Positions 8,795 to 18,479 are shown, counted from the stretch's first letter. The stretch: 32,000 nucleotides of DNA from Vibrio vulnificus CMCP6 (GCF_000039765.1 NC_004460.2:30001-62000), one strand, 5' to 3'. The notes: generated by a model from the letters alone, not told the origin. A program made the numbers and translations.

Positions 8795-9533
8795 ATGGAA
8801 TTTATGCATCGGTTTATCGATGGAAGCCGATATCAACGGATTTTTGTGATTGGTGATATCCACGGCAAATTGGCCTTGTTGCAGGACACACTAAAACGAG
8901 TGGATTTTCACGGTGAACGTGATCTGTTGATCTCTGTCGGTGATCTGATTGATCGCGGCCCCGACTCGGTTGGCGTCTTGGATTACTATCAAGCGCATCA
9001 TTGGTTTGAAGCGGTGATGGGAAACCATGAATGGATGATGGTCAACGCGTTGGATGCACAAAACAAATTGGAGCATTCAGAGAAGGAAGCGTACTTCATT
9101 AAAATATGGCATCGAAATGGCTGTGAATGGTCACAAAATCTAACCGATGCTGATAAACGGAGGTTGCGGGATACGGTTGCCCAACTGCCAAGTGTGATTA
9201 CGGTGGAGTTGGAAGATGGCCGCCGCTTTGGCATTTCACATGCTCAGCCCCACTCACTAGATTGGAACGAAATGATCGATTGGCAAGGAGATATGTGGGA
9301 CAACCCCTCGGTGGATTTGGGGAAGAACGCGCATTGCGGAAGAAGAGCCACAAGCGATTGCCAATGTTGATTTAACACTACACGGCCACACTCGCAGTGA
9401 AGGGGTGAAAAGAGTGGCCAATAGTCTTTTTATTGATACCGCCTCCAATGACGACTATCAGGGCGCATTCAGCCTTTATGAACTGCGTACAGGAGAGGTT
9501 TTTGTTGGGGTAAAACAGAGCGCACTCGTTTAA
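8795..9533 (+). pseudogene. Lambda/PrpA-PrpB-type Ser/Thr metallophosphatase, interrupted by a +1 frameshift (or a sequencing error)
   Basis: GDIHG, GDLIDRG and GNHE motifs lie in frame 2 (ORF ending 9370). The C-terminal part (RWIWGRTRI...LHGHTRSEG...LFIDTA...) continues in frame 0 to TAA at 9531-9533. The span is 739 nt. Removing one C from CCCC at 9304-9307 gives one 245-aa ORF. Confidence 0.8.
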
Positions 9534-9628
9534 CGGTTATCAGTGATTGAGAACCGAACACGATGCAGGTACATTAGTGCCAGCGAACTATTTTTCCGTT
9601 GTATTGAGTGGTAGAGGAAGAGACCAAG

Positions 9629-10341
9629 ATGCCTGAAACATCTGTATTGTTAGCGGTTTTTTTGATTTTTCTTGGCTCGTTTGTGCAAACAGCAATTGGC
9701 TTTGGTTTGGCTATTGTGTCGGCACCCTTGCTGATTATGGTTGCTCCAGAATACGTGCCTGCGCCTATCTGTCTAGTGGCACTGTTTATTTCCATTCTCA
9801 ATGCGTTGAAGCACAAAAGCAGTGTAGAAATTGGCGGCCTAAAAATGGCGTTGATCGGTCGAGTGCCAGGCTCGATTGCAGGCGGGGCTTTATTGGTATT
9901 GGTCAGCACCAATGTATTGGCCTTGTGGATCGGCATACTGGTATTGTTTGCTTGGCGGTAAGTTTGCTGCCATTTCGCATCGAACCTACTCCCATGCGTA
10001 TGACGATCGCTGGTTTCTTCTCTGGCTTGTTTGGCACTAGTTCTGGGATTGGTGGGCCACCAATGGCATTACTGCTGCAGCATCAAGAAGCCAATCAACT
10101 GCGTGGCAATCTTTCGGCCTTTTTCGTGTTTAGTTCGTTGATCTCCTTAGCGATCCAAATTCCCGCGGGCTTTTTCACGCTATACCATCTCAAAATCACG
10201 CTTCCTTTAATTCCAGCGGCTTGGCTGGGTTACAAACTGGCTCTATTAACAACGCGCAGTTTACCCAAGGAAAAGATCCGAATCGGTGCCTTATCTTTGT
10301 GTTGCATTAGTGGCATTGGGGCAGTTTGGCAAAGTTTTTAA
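9629..10341 (+). pseudogene. TauE/SafE (TSUP) family anion exporter, interrupted by a frameshift (or a sequencing error)
   Basis: Two overlapping ORFs (9608-9961 and 9925-10341) together encode one TSUP-like protein (FVQTAIGFGLAIVSAPLL... then ...FGTSSGIGGPPMALLL...). The span is 713 nt. Adding one base near 9945-9952 (TTTGCTTGG) gives 237 aa. Confidence 0.75.
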
Positions 10342-10535
10342 TGACTTAGGTTCATTTCATAAAATAAACAAATAGTTTCATATAAAATTAGTTTTATATT
10401 TTCCCATACCCTAGCTATGTTTATAGAGTTGGCTGGGTGTGCTTTTGGTTCCATATCAGTGTTTGCTGAGCATAATTAAAAACTAGGCACTCCCTAAATA
10501 ATCGATATCTGACTATAGGATAGTTAGGGGGAGTT

Positions 10536-12443
10536 ATGACTTTAGGCTTCAAATCTCGTATCTACACGAGCGTTGCTTTATTGGTGGCGCTGTCATTAGG
10601 AATATTAGGCACGCTAAACATCATTTCGCTCAAAGAAAAGATGGTGGCGTCGTTGGTCTCTGAAACACAAAACAAGCTCAATTATCACGTTGATGAACTG
10701 CAACATGCGATTGCTATTCAGCTCAAAGCGGTAGAGGTCGGGTCCAAACATTTTAACGCCTCATTAAGCGACGAGCAGAATGTCAATTTGGTGCGCTTAT
10801 TGGCAGAAAGTGCAGGCATCTCCAATATTATTATGGCGTATGAGGACGGACGCTCTTATATGTCTCTCCATGCCAGTGGTATCACCACTGAGGAGCAAAA
10901 TTTCTCTCAGCGTGATTGGTATCGAATGGCGAAAGGCAGCCAAGGAGTCAAGCTCACCGATATTTACATTGACAAAATCACTGGGGAAAAGGTGGTTAGC
11001 GCCATCATGCCTGTTTATAACGGCAGTGAGTTCCAAGGAGTATTGCTGGGCGATATTCCGCTAGCGGCAATCATCAAAATGGTCAGCAATATGCGATTTG
11101 CTGGTGGGGCCGCCACCTTAACCGACAAAAATGCGGTCTTTTTTGCCAGTGACGATCCCAATGACATCGGTAAAACCCCGTCGCAAGTGAGCCCTGTGTT
11201 CAGCGATATGGAGCGCGCGTTTTTTAATCAGCAGCAGGGGCATTTGCAATTTCCCTATCTGGGCATTGAGTTTGATGGCTACTTCCAACGCGTCAATTTA
11301 ACCCAAGATCAATATTGGACCTTGATGGTGTTTGTCGATCAGGACACCGCGTTGGCGGGAGTACGAGAAGCGCAAAATGAAGCGGTCGTGACAGGGGTGA
11401 TCTTACTGCTGGTCAGTGCGGTGGTGATGGTGTTAACACTGGAGCATGCTTATAAACCATTGCTCAAATTGAAAAAAGCCGTACTAGGACTATCAAAAGG
11501 TTCTGGCGATTTAACCGCGAGACTGACGGTTGAAGGGGGAGATGACCTTGCGCAGATCAGTGAAGGTTTCAACCGCTTTGTGCAGAGCTTACAGGGCATG
11601 ATGTTGCAAGTGTCTGAAGCAAGCCAAAATATTTCCTCTAACATTGTGCAGCTCAATCAAACGGCGGTGGAAAACGAAAAAGTGTTGATCACCCATTCAG
11701 CAGAAACCGATCAGGTGGTAACGGCAATTACCGAGATGAGCGAAAGTGCGCGCTCAGTGGCGGAGAACGTCACTCAGTCGAATAGAATTACCGAAGGAGC
11801 GAGTAAAGAAGCCAAGCAATCTCTAGAGATCGTCAACAACGCGGTGAGCACAGTCAGCGCCTTGGTCAACGATGTGGAGGAGATGTCCGATCGCATTGTC
11901 AGCATGAACCAAGACGCCAATAAAATCAGTGAAGTGCTGAACGTGATTGGTGAGATTTCTGAGCAAACCAATTTGCTGGCATTGAACGCCGCAATTGAAG
12001 CGGCACGTGCTGGTGAGCAGGGCCGTGGATTTGCCGTTGTCGCCGATGAGGTGCGCGCTTTGGCTGCGAGAACGCAGAACAGCACCACAGAAATTTCAGA
12101 AATGTTGTCAAAATTGCTTGATGGCACCTCTAGTGTGGTGGCATCAATGGAACGCACCAAACAGCAATGCCAATCAACTGCCAGCAAGACGTCGGAAGTT
12201 TCCAACAGTCTCAACTTAATGAGCGGTTCTGTACGAGATATTGATGATGTCAGTACGCAAATTGCCGCAGCGACGGAAGAGCAAAGCACCGTGGCGGCTG
12301 AGCTAAGTCGCAATATGCTGGCCATTCGAGATATTGTCACCAATCTGGTGGCAAGTGGCCGTCAAACGGTTGCTGCGACGGAGTCGTTGGCCGATTCTAA
12401 CCACGAACTCGATAAACTCGTGTCCAATTTCAAACTGCAGTAA
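10536..12443 (+). CDS. Methyl-accepting chemotaxis protein with a periplasmic dCache-type sensor, HAMP and MA signalling domains
   Basis: The N-terminal TM, about 260-aa periplasmic region and second TM are followed by HAMP. The signalling hairpin is highly conserved ([35 protein letters not shown]). GGGGGAG lies upstream of the ATG. Confidence 0.9.
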   Translation: MTLGFKSRIYTSVALLVALSLGILGTLNIISLKEKMVASLVSETQNKLNYHVDELQHAIAIQLKAVEVGSKHFNASLSDEQNVNLVRLLAESAGISNIIMAYEDGRSYMSLHASGITTEEQNFSQRDWYRMAKGSQGVKLTDIYIDKITGEKVVSAIMPVYNGSEFQGVLLGDIPLAAIIKMVSNMRFAGGAATLTDKNAVFFASDDPNDIGKTPSQVSPVFSDMERAFFNQQQGHLQFPYLGIEFDGYFQRVNLTQDQYWTLMVFVDQDTALAGVREAQNEAVVTGVILLLVSAVVMVLTLEHAYKPLLKLKKAVLGLSKGSGDLTARLTVEGGDDLAQISEGFNRFVQSLQGMMLQVSEASQNISSNIVQLNQTAVENEKVLITHSAETDQVVTAITEMSESARSVAENVTQSNRITEGASKEAKQSLEIVNNAVSTVSALVNDVEEMSDRIVSMNQDANKISEVLNVIGEISEQTNLLALNAAIEAARAGEQGRGFAVVADEVRALAARTQNSTTEISEMLSKLLDGTSSVVASMERTKQQCQSTASKTSEVSNSLNLMSGSVRDIDDVSTQIAAATEEQSTVAAELSRNMLAIRDIVTNLVASGRQTVAATESLADSNHELDKLVSNFKLQ

Positions 12444-12458
12444 CGGTTGTCACTTTGT

Positions 12459-12492
12459 AGCGGGCTGTATAGGCCCGCTATCGTTTCTTTGT
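12459..12492 (+). terminator. Rho-independent terminator of the MCP gene
   Basis: TAGCGGGC / GCCCGCTA stem followed by the T-rich TCGTTTCTTTGTT. Confidence 0.7.
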
Positions 12493-12505
12493 TAGGAGCG
12501 AGTTT

Positions 12506-14185
12506 ATGACGAAATTAATGGTTCATGCTTGGCTAGAGAAACAAAATAACCAGATATCGCAGCATTTTGCCTATTGTCACCAAAAACTGGTCAAGCAGTT
12601 CTTTTCCCGCGATCCCAATTTGTGGCCGATTTACAAAATCAAGCAAGTGGCTGAACTGGTTGGGCATAAACGTAATCTCACCATGCCAACCAATCCGATT
12701 TTGTCCAAACGGCTGGCGGCAGACAGTTACATTCCACACGCTTCCAGCCAAGTGATAAAGCCGTTCGAGCCGTTAGCACTTTTTGCGGCTGGACACAGTA
12801 AAAACTGGGATGATCCAAGCGCAGTGGAAAACGTCATTTCAACGCCGAGCGATCCTGCCATTCATGGTGCGCTGTTGGCCACCATCGCAAATCCCAATTT
12901 GGTTTACAGCGAGTACGCTGGGCGGGCCACCGAATTAGAAAGTGTCGTGGTGCGGCAAATTGCAAACCTAGTGGGATACGATGACCAAAAAGCCACAGGA
13001 CTTTTCACGCAAGGTGGGACGTTTTGCAATCTCTACGGTTATCTACTTGGGTTACGAAAGTGTTTCCCTGATTCAGCCACAACGGGTATTGGGGATAAGA
13101 AACTGGCGTTTATCAATTCCCAAGCGGGGCACTACTCCAACGTCACCAATCTTTCACTGCTTGGTGTAGATATAGGTAAACAACTGCTTCGCATCAAGGT
13201 GAATGAAAACAACCAAATTGACCTCAATGATCTGACCAAGCAATTTGAGTATTGCATCCGCCATGACATCATCGTCCCGACGATTTTGTTGACCTTTGGT
13301 ACCACCGATACTTTTGCCATAGACGACGTGGCTGCTGTTTACCTGCTACGAGAGCGCTTATGTCGCCAGTATGGTTTGAACTATCGGCCACACATTCATG
13401 TCGATGCTGCCGTCGGTTGGACACTGCTCTTTTTTAAAGAATATGCTTTTGAGCGGAATGAATTGGCGATCAATACCGCGACCTTAGAAGGGTTAGAAGT
13501 CACCAACTCTTTAGTCAAGGGTCTGCGCTACGCCGATTCCATCACCATTGATTTTCAGAAGTGGGGCTATGTCCCTTACACCTCCAGTTTGATTTTGGTG
13601 AAAGATCGTCAGGATATGCAGGCGTTACAACACGATGCAGACTATTTCTCCTATTTCGAAGCGCAACAACGGAATCAAACGCATCTTCAATCCACCATCG
13701 AATGTTCCCGCAGTGCAGTGGGGGTATTTTCCGCTTATTCTGCGTTAGAAAGTATTGGAATTGAAGGCTATCAAATGCTGATCGCACACGGCTTGCAGAA
13801 CGCCAATTACCTGCGCTGTTTGCTCTCTAAATTACGCAATTGCAAAGTGGTCTCCGGCAGCAATCAAGGCCCTTGTGTCACTTTTCGTCTCTATCCGCCA
13901 GAGATGGAAGAGAGTGCGCAAGCGCTGTTTTACCGAGAGCGACGGCTTATCAGGCAAAAGGCGTATATGGAAAGTCTCGTCAGCAGCGCGACCTACCATC
14001 GCAACAACTTCTTAGCAAGAAAAGGTCGCTATTTGAAAACCAATTGGGTCGATTCGATTGCCAGAACCGATTACAACGAAGCAGGGCATTGCCTTTTTCT
14101 ACCCGGCGAAAAAGCGGTGTTCCTTAACCCCAACACACAGCGGCGAAGCATTGAGCTGTTTGTGGCCAATTTGAATGCCACTTAG
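12506..14185 (+). CDS. PLP-dependent group II decarboxylase-family protein with a long N-terminal extension
   Basis: 559 aa with AGGAG upstream. Fold-type I decarboxylase patterns are present (TQGGTFCNLYGYLLG; HVDAAVGW; candidate PLP lysine in DFQKWGY). The substrate cannot be told from sequence alone. It may resemble the PLP-dependent aspartate decarboxylase (PanP) described in Vibrionaceae, but that is unverified. Confidence 0.7.
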   Translation: MTKLMVHAWLEKQNNQISQHFAYCHQKLVKQFFSRDPNLWPIYKIKQVAELVGHKRNLTMPTNPILSKRLAADSYIPHASSQVIKPFEPLALFAAGHSKNWDDPSAVENVISTPSDPAIHGALLATIANPNLVYSEYAGRATELESVVVRQIANLVGYDDQKATGLFTQGGTFCNLYGYLLGLRKCFPDSATTGIGDKKLAFINSQAGHYSNVTNLSLLGVDIGKQLLRIKVNENNQIDLNDLTKQFEYCIRHDIIVPTILLTFGTTDTFAIDDVAAVYLLRERLCRQYGLNYRPHIHVDAAVGWTLLFFKEYAFERNELAINTATLEGLEVTNSLVKGLRYADSITIDFQKWGYVPYTSSLILVKDRQDMQALQHDADYFSYFEAQQRNQTHLQSTIECSRSAVGVFSAYSALESIGIEGYQMLIAHGLQNANYLRCLLSKLRNCKVVSGSNQGPCVTFRLYPPEMEESAQALFYRERRLIRQKAYMESLVSSATYHRNNFLARKGRYLKTNWVDSIARTDYNEAGHCLFLPGEKAVFLNPNTQRRSIELFVANLNAT

Positions 14186-14214
14186 GGCGGGGAAATAACA
14201 GGTTTACGCGAGAT

Positions 14215-14244
14215 AAAAAAAGCGATGCCAATTGGCATCGCTTT
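14215..14244 (-). terminator. Terminator of gbpA (also usable from the + strand)
   Basis: AGCGATGCC / GGCATCGCT stem with loop AATT. On the minus strand it is followed by T7-8 (the A-run at 14215-14220 on +). Confidence 0.75.
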
Positions 14245-14284
14245 GGTCGTTATGCATGTGATAAATCACATATAGGGGAAAGGT

Positions 14285-15742
14285 TTACAGTTTGTCCCAC
14301 GCCATTTGCCAGTGTGAGCCAGTACCCGGCTGGTATTGAGTTGCGGTTGGTGTCCATTGAACACAGTAACCAGAGTATGGGAATGGCTTACATTGGTAGA
14401 TCGCACCGTCGCTGGCGAGCACTTTGGTGTCCGCCGTGTATGAGCTCAAGCCATCTGGAAAGACAAAGTCGTAATCATCACTTGGCGGTGGTGTTTGCGT
14501 TTCCGTCAGCATGAAGTCAGACGTTTGCTGCTTTTGCAGCGTGCCGTCTTTGTCTAGGACTTTGGTTACCAACATATGGTGGCCTGCTTCTGATTTGCTT
14601 AATGTCATGCTGACCGCTTTGTTCTCACCGTCTGTCATTGCAACCGTTTCAAAAGCAAGCGGCTCTTTGTGGTGGTTATAGATGGTCAGTTCCGTCGTAA
14701 TATCGCCAGTTGCTTGTAAGCCTAAATCGAGCGTTACAGGCGCATCACCAATTTGATACTCAGAGGCCAAACCCGATAGGGTGACGTCGTACTCAGGTGC
14801 AGGCGTTTCAATTTTGTAGCCGATCTCGACACGCTGCAGGTTGCTGCCAGACTTAAGGAAAATTGGGTTAGTACCATAAACCGGAACGAACTGATTTTGC
14901 TCGTTGAGCTGGCCTGCTGCGATCTCGCTTTGGGTTTGGTTAATTTTCACCGCTAGAGCGTGTGACCAATTGTTTGCTACCGTCAACGCGTCGCTGTCGA
15001 TCGCCAGTTCTGTCGTGTAGGCTGGATTCTCCCCCGCGAGATCAAATACGCGTGTAAAGACGGTGTCACCGACATTGAGGTTCATGGTTGGAATGATCTG
15101 GCCGCCTTGTTGCCAATCTGGCAGAGCAGGGCCATCGCCATCGAATTTGACATCAATGACATTGTAGAAAGAGGCGGCGGTGTCACCCACATCCCAAACC
15201 GCCAAAATCACTTGGTAACCTTCGCGTTCAGGTACATTACATGTGTGGCTAACGCGCTTCGGCGGTTGAACCATGCCACCGTCCACGACGCAGAAAGGGG
15301 TGAGATCGAATGAGGCGCGGGCAAGTGGTTGATTTGGATTCCAATCTGGTTTGGTGATGTAATATTTCCAATCTTTGGTCACGTGATTGGCGGTAAAGGT
15401 CCACTCAAAGTTTTGCGCACCGGCTTGAATCGGGCGTTTTACCCAGCGGTCTGCGGTTTGCTCATCAAGTGCGTTGGCTAACGCGCTCTCGGCGCTGGCA
15501 ATTTTGCCATCACGCGGACCGGACGCGGGGAAGCCATCTGGCCCTTCAACGCTTTGCGGTTCATATTGAATTGCGCCACAGTTGGTGTTTTTCTCTCCAG
15601 TTGACGCAGCGAACTTACACAGTGTCACACGAGCTTCTGCGACACCATTTTCCACTGCAGAAACATAACCATGGCTCATTGCGGTTCCGCTTACGACGGA
15701 TAGAGCAATGGCCAGTAAGGTTTTTTGCGGTTGTTTTTTCAT
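14285..15742 (-). CDS. gbpA: GbpA, N-acetylglucosamine/chitin-binding colonisation factor (AA10 lytic polysaccharide monooxygenase, four-domain)
   Basis: 485 aa. The signal peptide is followed by [13 protein letters not shown]..., the mature N-terminal His of AA10. Long colinear similarity to V. cholerae GbpA as I recall it includes the C-terminal chitin-binding domain ([20 protein letters not shown]...[16 protein letters not shown]). Confidence 0.92.
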   Translation of the reverse strand: MKKQPQKTLLAIALSVVSGTAMSHGYVSAVENGVAEARVTLCKFAASTGEKNTNCGAIQYEPQSVEGPDGFPASGPRDGKIASAESALANALDEQTADRWVKRPIQAGAQNFEWTFTANHVTKDWKYYITKPDWNPNQPLARASFDLTPFCVVDGGMVQPPKRVSHTCNVPEREGYQVILAVWDVGDTAASFYNVIDVKFDGDGPALPDWQQGGQIIPTMNLNVGDTVFTRVFDLAGENPAYTTELAIDSDALTVANNWSHALAVKINQTQSEIAAGQLNEQNQFVPVYGTNPIFLKSGSNLQRVEIGYKIETPAPEYDVTLSGLASEYQIGDAPVTLDLGLQATGDITTELTIYNHHKEPLAFETVAMTDGENKAVSMTLSKSEAGHHMLVTKVLDKDGTLQKQQTSDFMLTETQTPPPSDDYDFVFPDGLSSYTADTKVLASDGAIYQCKPFPYSGYCVQWTPTATQYQPGTGSHWQMAWDKL

Positions 15743-15877
15743 AACATACTCTTTTTGATTGCTGACTTTATTTGGCTATATTGCCAATCTTCAACCACAG
15801 CATACGCATGTTATTCCCAAGGCGATGAATGGCTCGTAAAGAGCGCACTGACGTGCTTGGTGAGAACACTCTCTAGT

Positions 15878-15972
15878 GAGAGCGGCGGCCCCGCTATCTT
15901 GGGTATGATAAAAATACCGACAGACCGGAAGCTTTGCGTCCCATCTTTTCAGAAGGTTTGCCTATGTGTGAT
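15878..15972 (-). promoter_or_regulatory. c-di-GMP-I (GEMM-I) riboswitch aptamer in the gbpA 5' leader
   Basis: Minus strand reads CACACAUAGGCAAACCUUCUGAAAAGAUGGGACGCAAAGCUUCCGGUCUGUCGGUAUUUUUAUCAUACCCAAGAUAGCGGGGCCGCC. It carries the GEMM-I signatures GGCAAACC, a GAAA tetraloop, GGGACGCAAAGC, CCGG and AUAGCGGGG in the right order and spacing. The aptamer ends about 135 nt upstream of the gbpA ATG. A GEMM-I element (Vc1) is known upstream of V. cholerae gbpA. Confidence 0.85.
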
Positions 15973-16248
15973 GTCAGGCATAATTTAGGATGAGAATAAC
16001 GATGAGGCGAATTAATTGATTGGATTTGGAATTAATTTCTCGAAAAAGTGTGATGAAAAAAAGAGATGATTTAGAAGCGTTATTTATAGGTGTGAATATA
16101 TTAATTTAATCAATCAAATTCTGTGTTTAATATAAGCAATCTATGTAAGAGATGATATTTTGTGATTGTATGTATTTGCAAAATATCATAGCGAAAAATG
16201 GAGTGTAGAGTTAGAATTGCCACGTCTTTACTATGTCATTGAGCACTT

Positions 16249-17148
16249 ATGAAAACCACCAGCTATGGCAATATCATGGCGGCCATCTCTTTTCTTATTT
16301 GGGGCCTGACACCAATCTATTACCGTTTGATGCCGTCTGCTCAAATGGATGAGCTGTTGGCCATGCGCGTCATTGCTTCTGTCCCTGTCGGCTTGGTGCT
16401 TGTGTACTTTATTACAGGCAAGTTGCCTGAATTTCGTCGAGTGTGGCACGACAAGCGATCGCTACTTTATACCCTGATCGCCGCGTTGCTGATGTGTATC
16501 TCTTGGTCCACCTTCACTTGGGCGCTGACCAATGATCGCGTGATTGATGCCAGCCTTGGTTTTTTCATTAGCCCGTTAATGATGGTGGCGCTTGGTGTGT
16601 TGGTGCTCAAAGAAACGCTCTCTCAGGGTAAAAAGCTGGCGATCATTTTTGCCGCTTTAGGGCTGGGGTATCAAATTGTCCATTACGGTGAAATTCCGTA
16701 CGTTGCATTAACCATGGGGGTATTTTTTACCCTCTACGGTTTTTGTAAAAAGAAAATAGCCTACGATTGGAGCACGACATTATTTTTTGAAGCATTGCTG
16801 CTTGCTCCTGTGGCCTCCATTTATATGGCGATGAAATACGCGCAAGGCGACGCGGTTTCTCTTTCCTCCGATCTTTCAACGCTTTTATTATATTTGGGTA
16901 GCGGACCTGTCACCATCGCGCCCCTTATTTTTTATTCCATTGCTATTCGTTATACCAATATGACGAACATTGGCCTGATGCAATATATTGAGCCAACGTT
17001 ACAGTTTCTCCTCGCCGTGTTTATTTTTGCTGAGTATTTCGATCAAGTGAAAATGGTGAGCTTTGGCTTGATTTGGTTTGGCTTACTGTTGACGATTGCA
17101 GAGACATTGGCAAACAGAGCCAAACGCCGCTCTATTCGCTTAATGTGA
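16249..17148 (+). CDS. rarD: RarD (EamA/DMT-family) permease
   Basis: 299 aa and 10-TM-like, colinear with E. coli RarD as recalled (FLIWGLTPIYYRL..., SLGFFISPLMMVALGVLVLKE, YGFCKKKI). Confidence 0.85.
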   Translation: MKTTSYGNIMAAISFLIWGLTPIYYRLMPSAQMDELLAMRVIASVPVGLVLVYFITGKLPEFRRVWHDKRSLLYTLIAALLMCISWSTFTWALTNDRVIDASLGFFISPLMMVALGVLVLKETLSQGKKLAIIFAALGLGYQIVHYGEIPYVALTMGVFFTLYGFCKKKIAYDWSTTLFFEALLLAPVASIYMAMKYAQGDAVSLSSDLSTLLLYLGSGPVTIAPLIFYSIAIRYTNMTNIGLMQYIEPTLQFLLAVFIFAEYFDQVKMVSFGLIWFGLLLTIAETLANRAKRRSIRLM

Positions 17149-17203
17149 GTGGATAACGGATAACGATAACGTATGACGAGTAGCGGATAATGATCGTTTG
17201 AGG

Positions 17204-17845
17204 CTACTCAGAAATGTGTGGATGCCGAAGGTGTTGAAAACGCGGTAACTGCTCACGTAAGCCTTCAAAGGTGGCGCGTGCACTTTCTTTGGCCAGCTTG
17301 TTCACCAACCAATCGGGTAGGGCGCCGCCAGGATTTGCAAACGCGGTGTATTCAATGTGAGTGGTGTCGTTGGTGAGCTTATTCAGCACCCAGATCGCTT
17401 TGACTTGTGTGATGCGAATGTAGTCAGGATCCCGAGGGAAAGCGGTCTCAGGTGCATCGCTGATCTGCAAGGTGAATCCGGCTTCATCTAGGCTGTACTT
17501 TGAATAAGTCAGCATATCGCGATTTTGTGCAGGCCAGGGCGCAGAAAATTGGGTGTAAACGATGTTTTCTCGCGGTGATAACTGTTGCACGACATGGCTG
17601 TGAGCAACATTGTCAATCCAGTTAGGCACGTTGTCAGTGTCTTCCAGTAATTTCAAAAACGCGGCATAGCTGGTGGGGAAAAACATTTGCGCACGAATCT
17701 CCACCAAGCCATCTGTGTGCTCACGATAATGGATGGTGATACCATTGTCGCTGGAGTCAAAAATCCAACCTTGCTGTGGTGATGCCAAAGTTGCAGGGTT
17801 GAATAGAAATAAACAAAGGCTTAGCAGTAGAATTATCCGTTTCAT
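17204..17845 (-). CDS. Exported START/Bet v1-like (lipid-binding fold) protein
   Basis: 213 aa with the signal peptide MKRIILLLSLCLFLFNPATLASP. The body resembles bacterial START-domain proteins (NVPNWIDNV...FSAPWPAQNRDML...PGGALPDWLVNK). Family assignment is from memory. Confidence 0.5.
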   Translation of the reverse strand: MKRIILLLSLCLFLFNPATLASPQQGWIFDSSDNGITIHYREHTDGLVEIRAQMFFPTSYAAFLKLLEDTDNVPNWIDNVAHSHVVQQLSPRENIVYTQFSAPWPAQNRDMLTYSKYSLDEAGFTLQISDAPETAFPRDPDYIRITQVKAIWVLNKLTNDTTHIEYTAFANPGGALPDWLVNKLAKESARATFEGLREQLPRFQHLRHPHISE

Positions 17846-17988
17846 ATCAGCTCTTTCCGTGTTTTAGGTTACTCATTCAAACACATATACAACGTTATGA
17901 AAATGCGCATTGCATCAGTTCACTGATTTAAGTGTATGACGAATGCATTCTAATGCCCCTTTTGGCTGATCAAATAGAAGAGGTAGTG

Positions 17989-18303
17989 ATGACAGCACCA
18001 ACCAAAATGACTTTTTTCTCACGTTTTGAAGCAGACATTCTTGCAGGCAAGAAAACCATCACAATTCGCGACGAGTCAGAAAAGGACTATCAACCAGGAA
18101 CCACCGTTGAAGTCTCAACACTAGAGGAAGGGCGTGTTTTCTGCCAACTGAAAATCTTAAGCGTGGAACCTATAGCGTTCTCGGCGTTGAACGAGTTTCA
18201 TGCAGAGCAAGAAAACATGACGCTGGAAACGTTGAAAGAAGTCATTCAAGAAATTTACCCTGGGATAGAGCAGTTGTACGTCATCCAATATCAGCGAGTA
18301 TAG
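17989..18303 (+). CDS. yqfB: YqfB-like ASCH-domain protein (N4-acetylcytidine amidohydrolase family)
   Basis: 104 aa from ATG 17989. It is strongly colinear with E. coli YqfB as recalled (TFFSRFEADILAGKKTITIRDESE...HAEQENMTL..LKEVI..IYPG). The upstream extension to 17932 is not homologous. Confidence 0.85.
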   Translation: MTAPTKMTFFSRFEADILAGKKTITIRDESEKDYQPGTTVEVSTLEEGRVFCQLKILSVEPIAFSALNEFHAEQENMTLETLKEVIQEIYPGIEQLYVIQYQRV

Positions 18304-18323
18304 CTTGTTGAACTTCGCGGTAA

Positions 18324-18357
18324 TTGCATAATGCAAATCTGTTTTTGCAATTTGCAT
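18324..18357 (+). promoter_or_regulatory. Two LuxO-type upstream activator sites for the qrr promoter
   Basis: TTGCATAATGCAA (18324-18336) and TTGCAATTTGCAT (18345-18357) both fit TTGCA-N3-TGCAA. They lie about 125-155 nt upstream of the predicted qrr start. Confidence 0.75.
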
Positions 18358-18453
18358 TATATTGGCTTGGTTTATCGACCAATATGAACCTTGTTTATCT
18401 GCATTTTGGTTAAAAATGTAGCAAATAATAGGGTTGGTGTACGTTTTTAAAGT

Positions 18454-18469
18454 TGGCACGCTTTCTGCT
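18454..18469 (+). promoter_or_regulatory. Sigma-54 (-24/-12) promoter of qrr
   Basis: TGGCACG-CTTT-CTGCT compares with the consensus TGGCACG-N4-TTGCW. GG at 18455-56 and GC at 18467-68 place the start at about 18480 (UGACCC...). Confidence 0.75.
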
Positions 18470-18479
18470 TTAATAAGAT

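Noticed and set aside
11774-12343. 189-aa ORF antisense to the MCP signalling domain (and other antisense ORFs such as 19247-19774, 20685-21176, 21456-21758, 2459-2896)
   Set aside because: These are classic shadow ORFs opposite strongly supported genes. Their composition is Ala/Ser/Thr-rich or otherwise biased, and they carry no motifs.
15725-15988. 87-aa + strand ORF upstream of gbpA
   Set aside because: It overlaps the gbpA start codon in antisense and runs straight through the GEMM-I aptamer. The riboswitch on the opposite strand better explains the sequence conservation there.
17151-17190. Short tandem GGATAAC-GGATAAC-GATAAC plus a further GGATAA between rarD and the START-domain gene, including a near DnaA-box (AGTGGATAA) and a GTATGACGAGTA string reminiscent of ERIC elements
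   Set aside because: There are only about three short units. The ERIC hallmark sequences are not present. A lone 8/9 DnaA-box match is expected by chance. The location between convergent gene ends suggests no obvious function.
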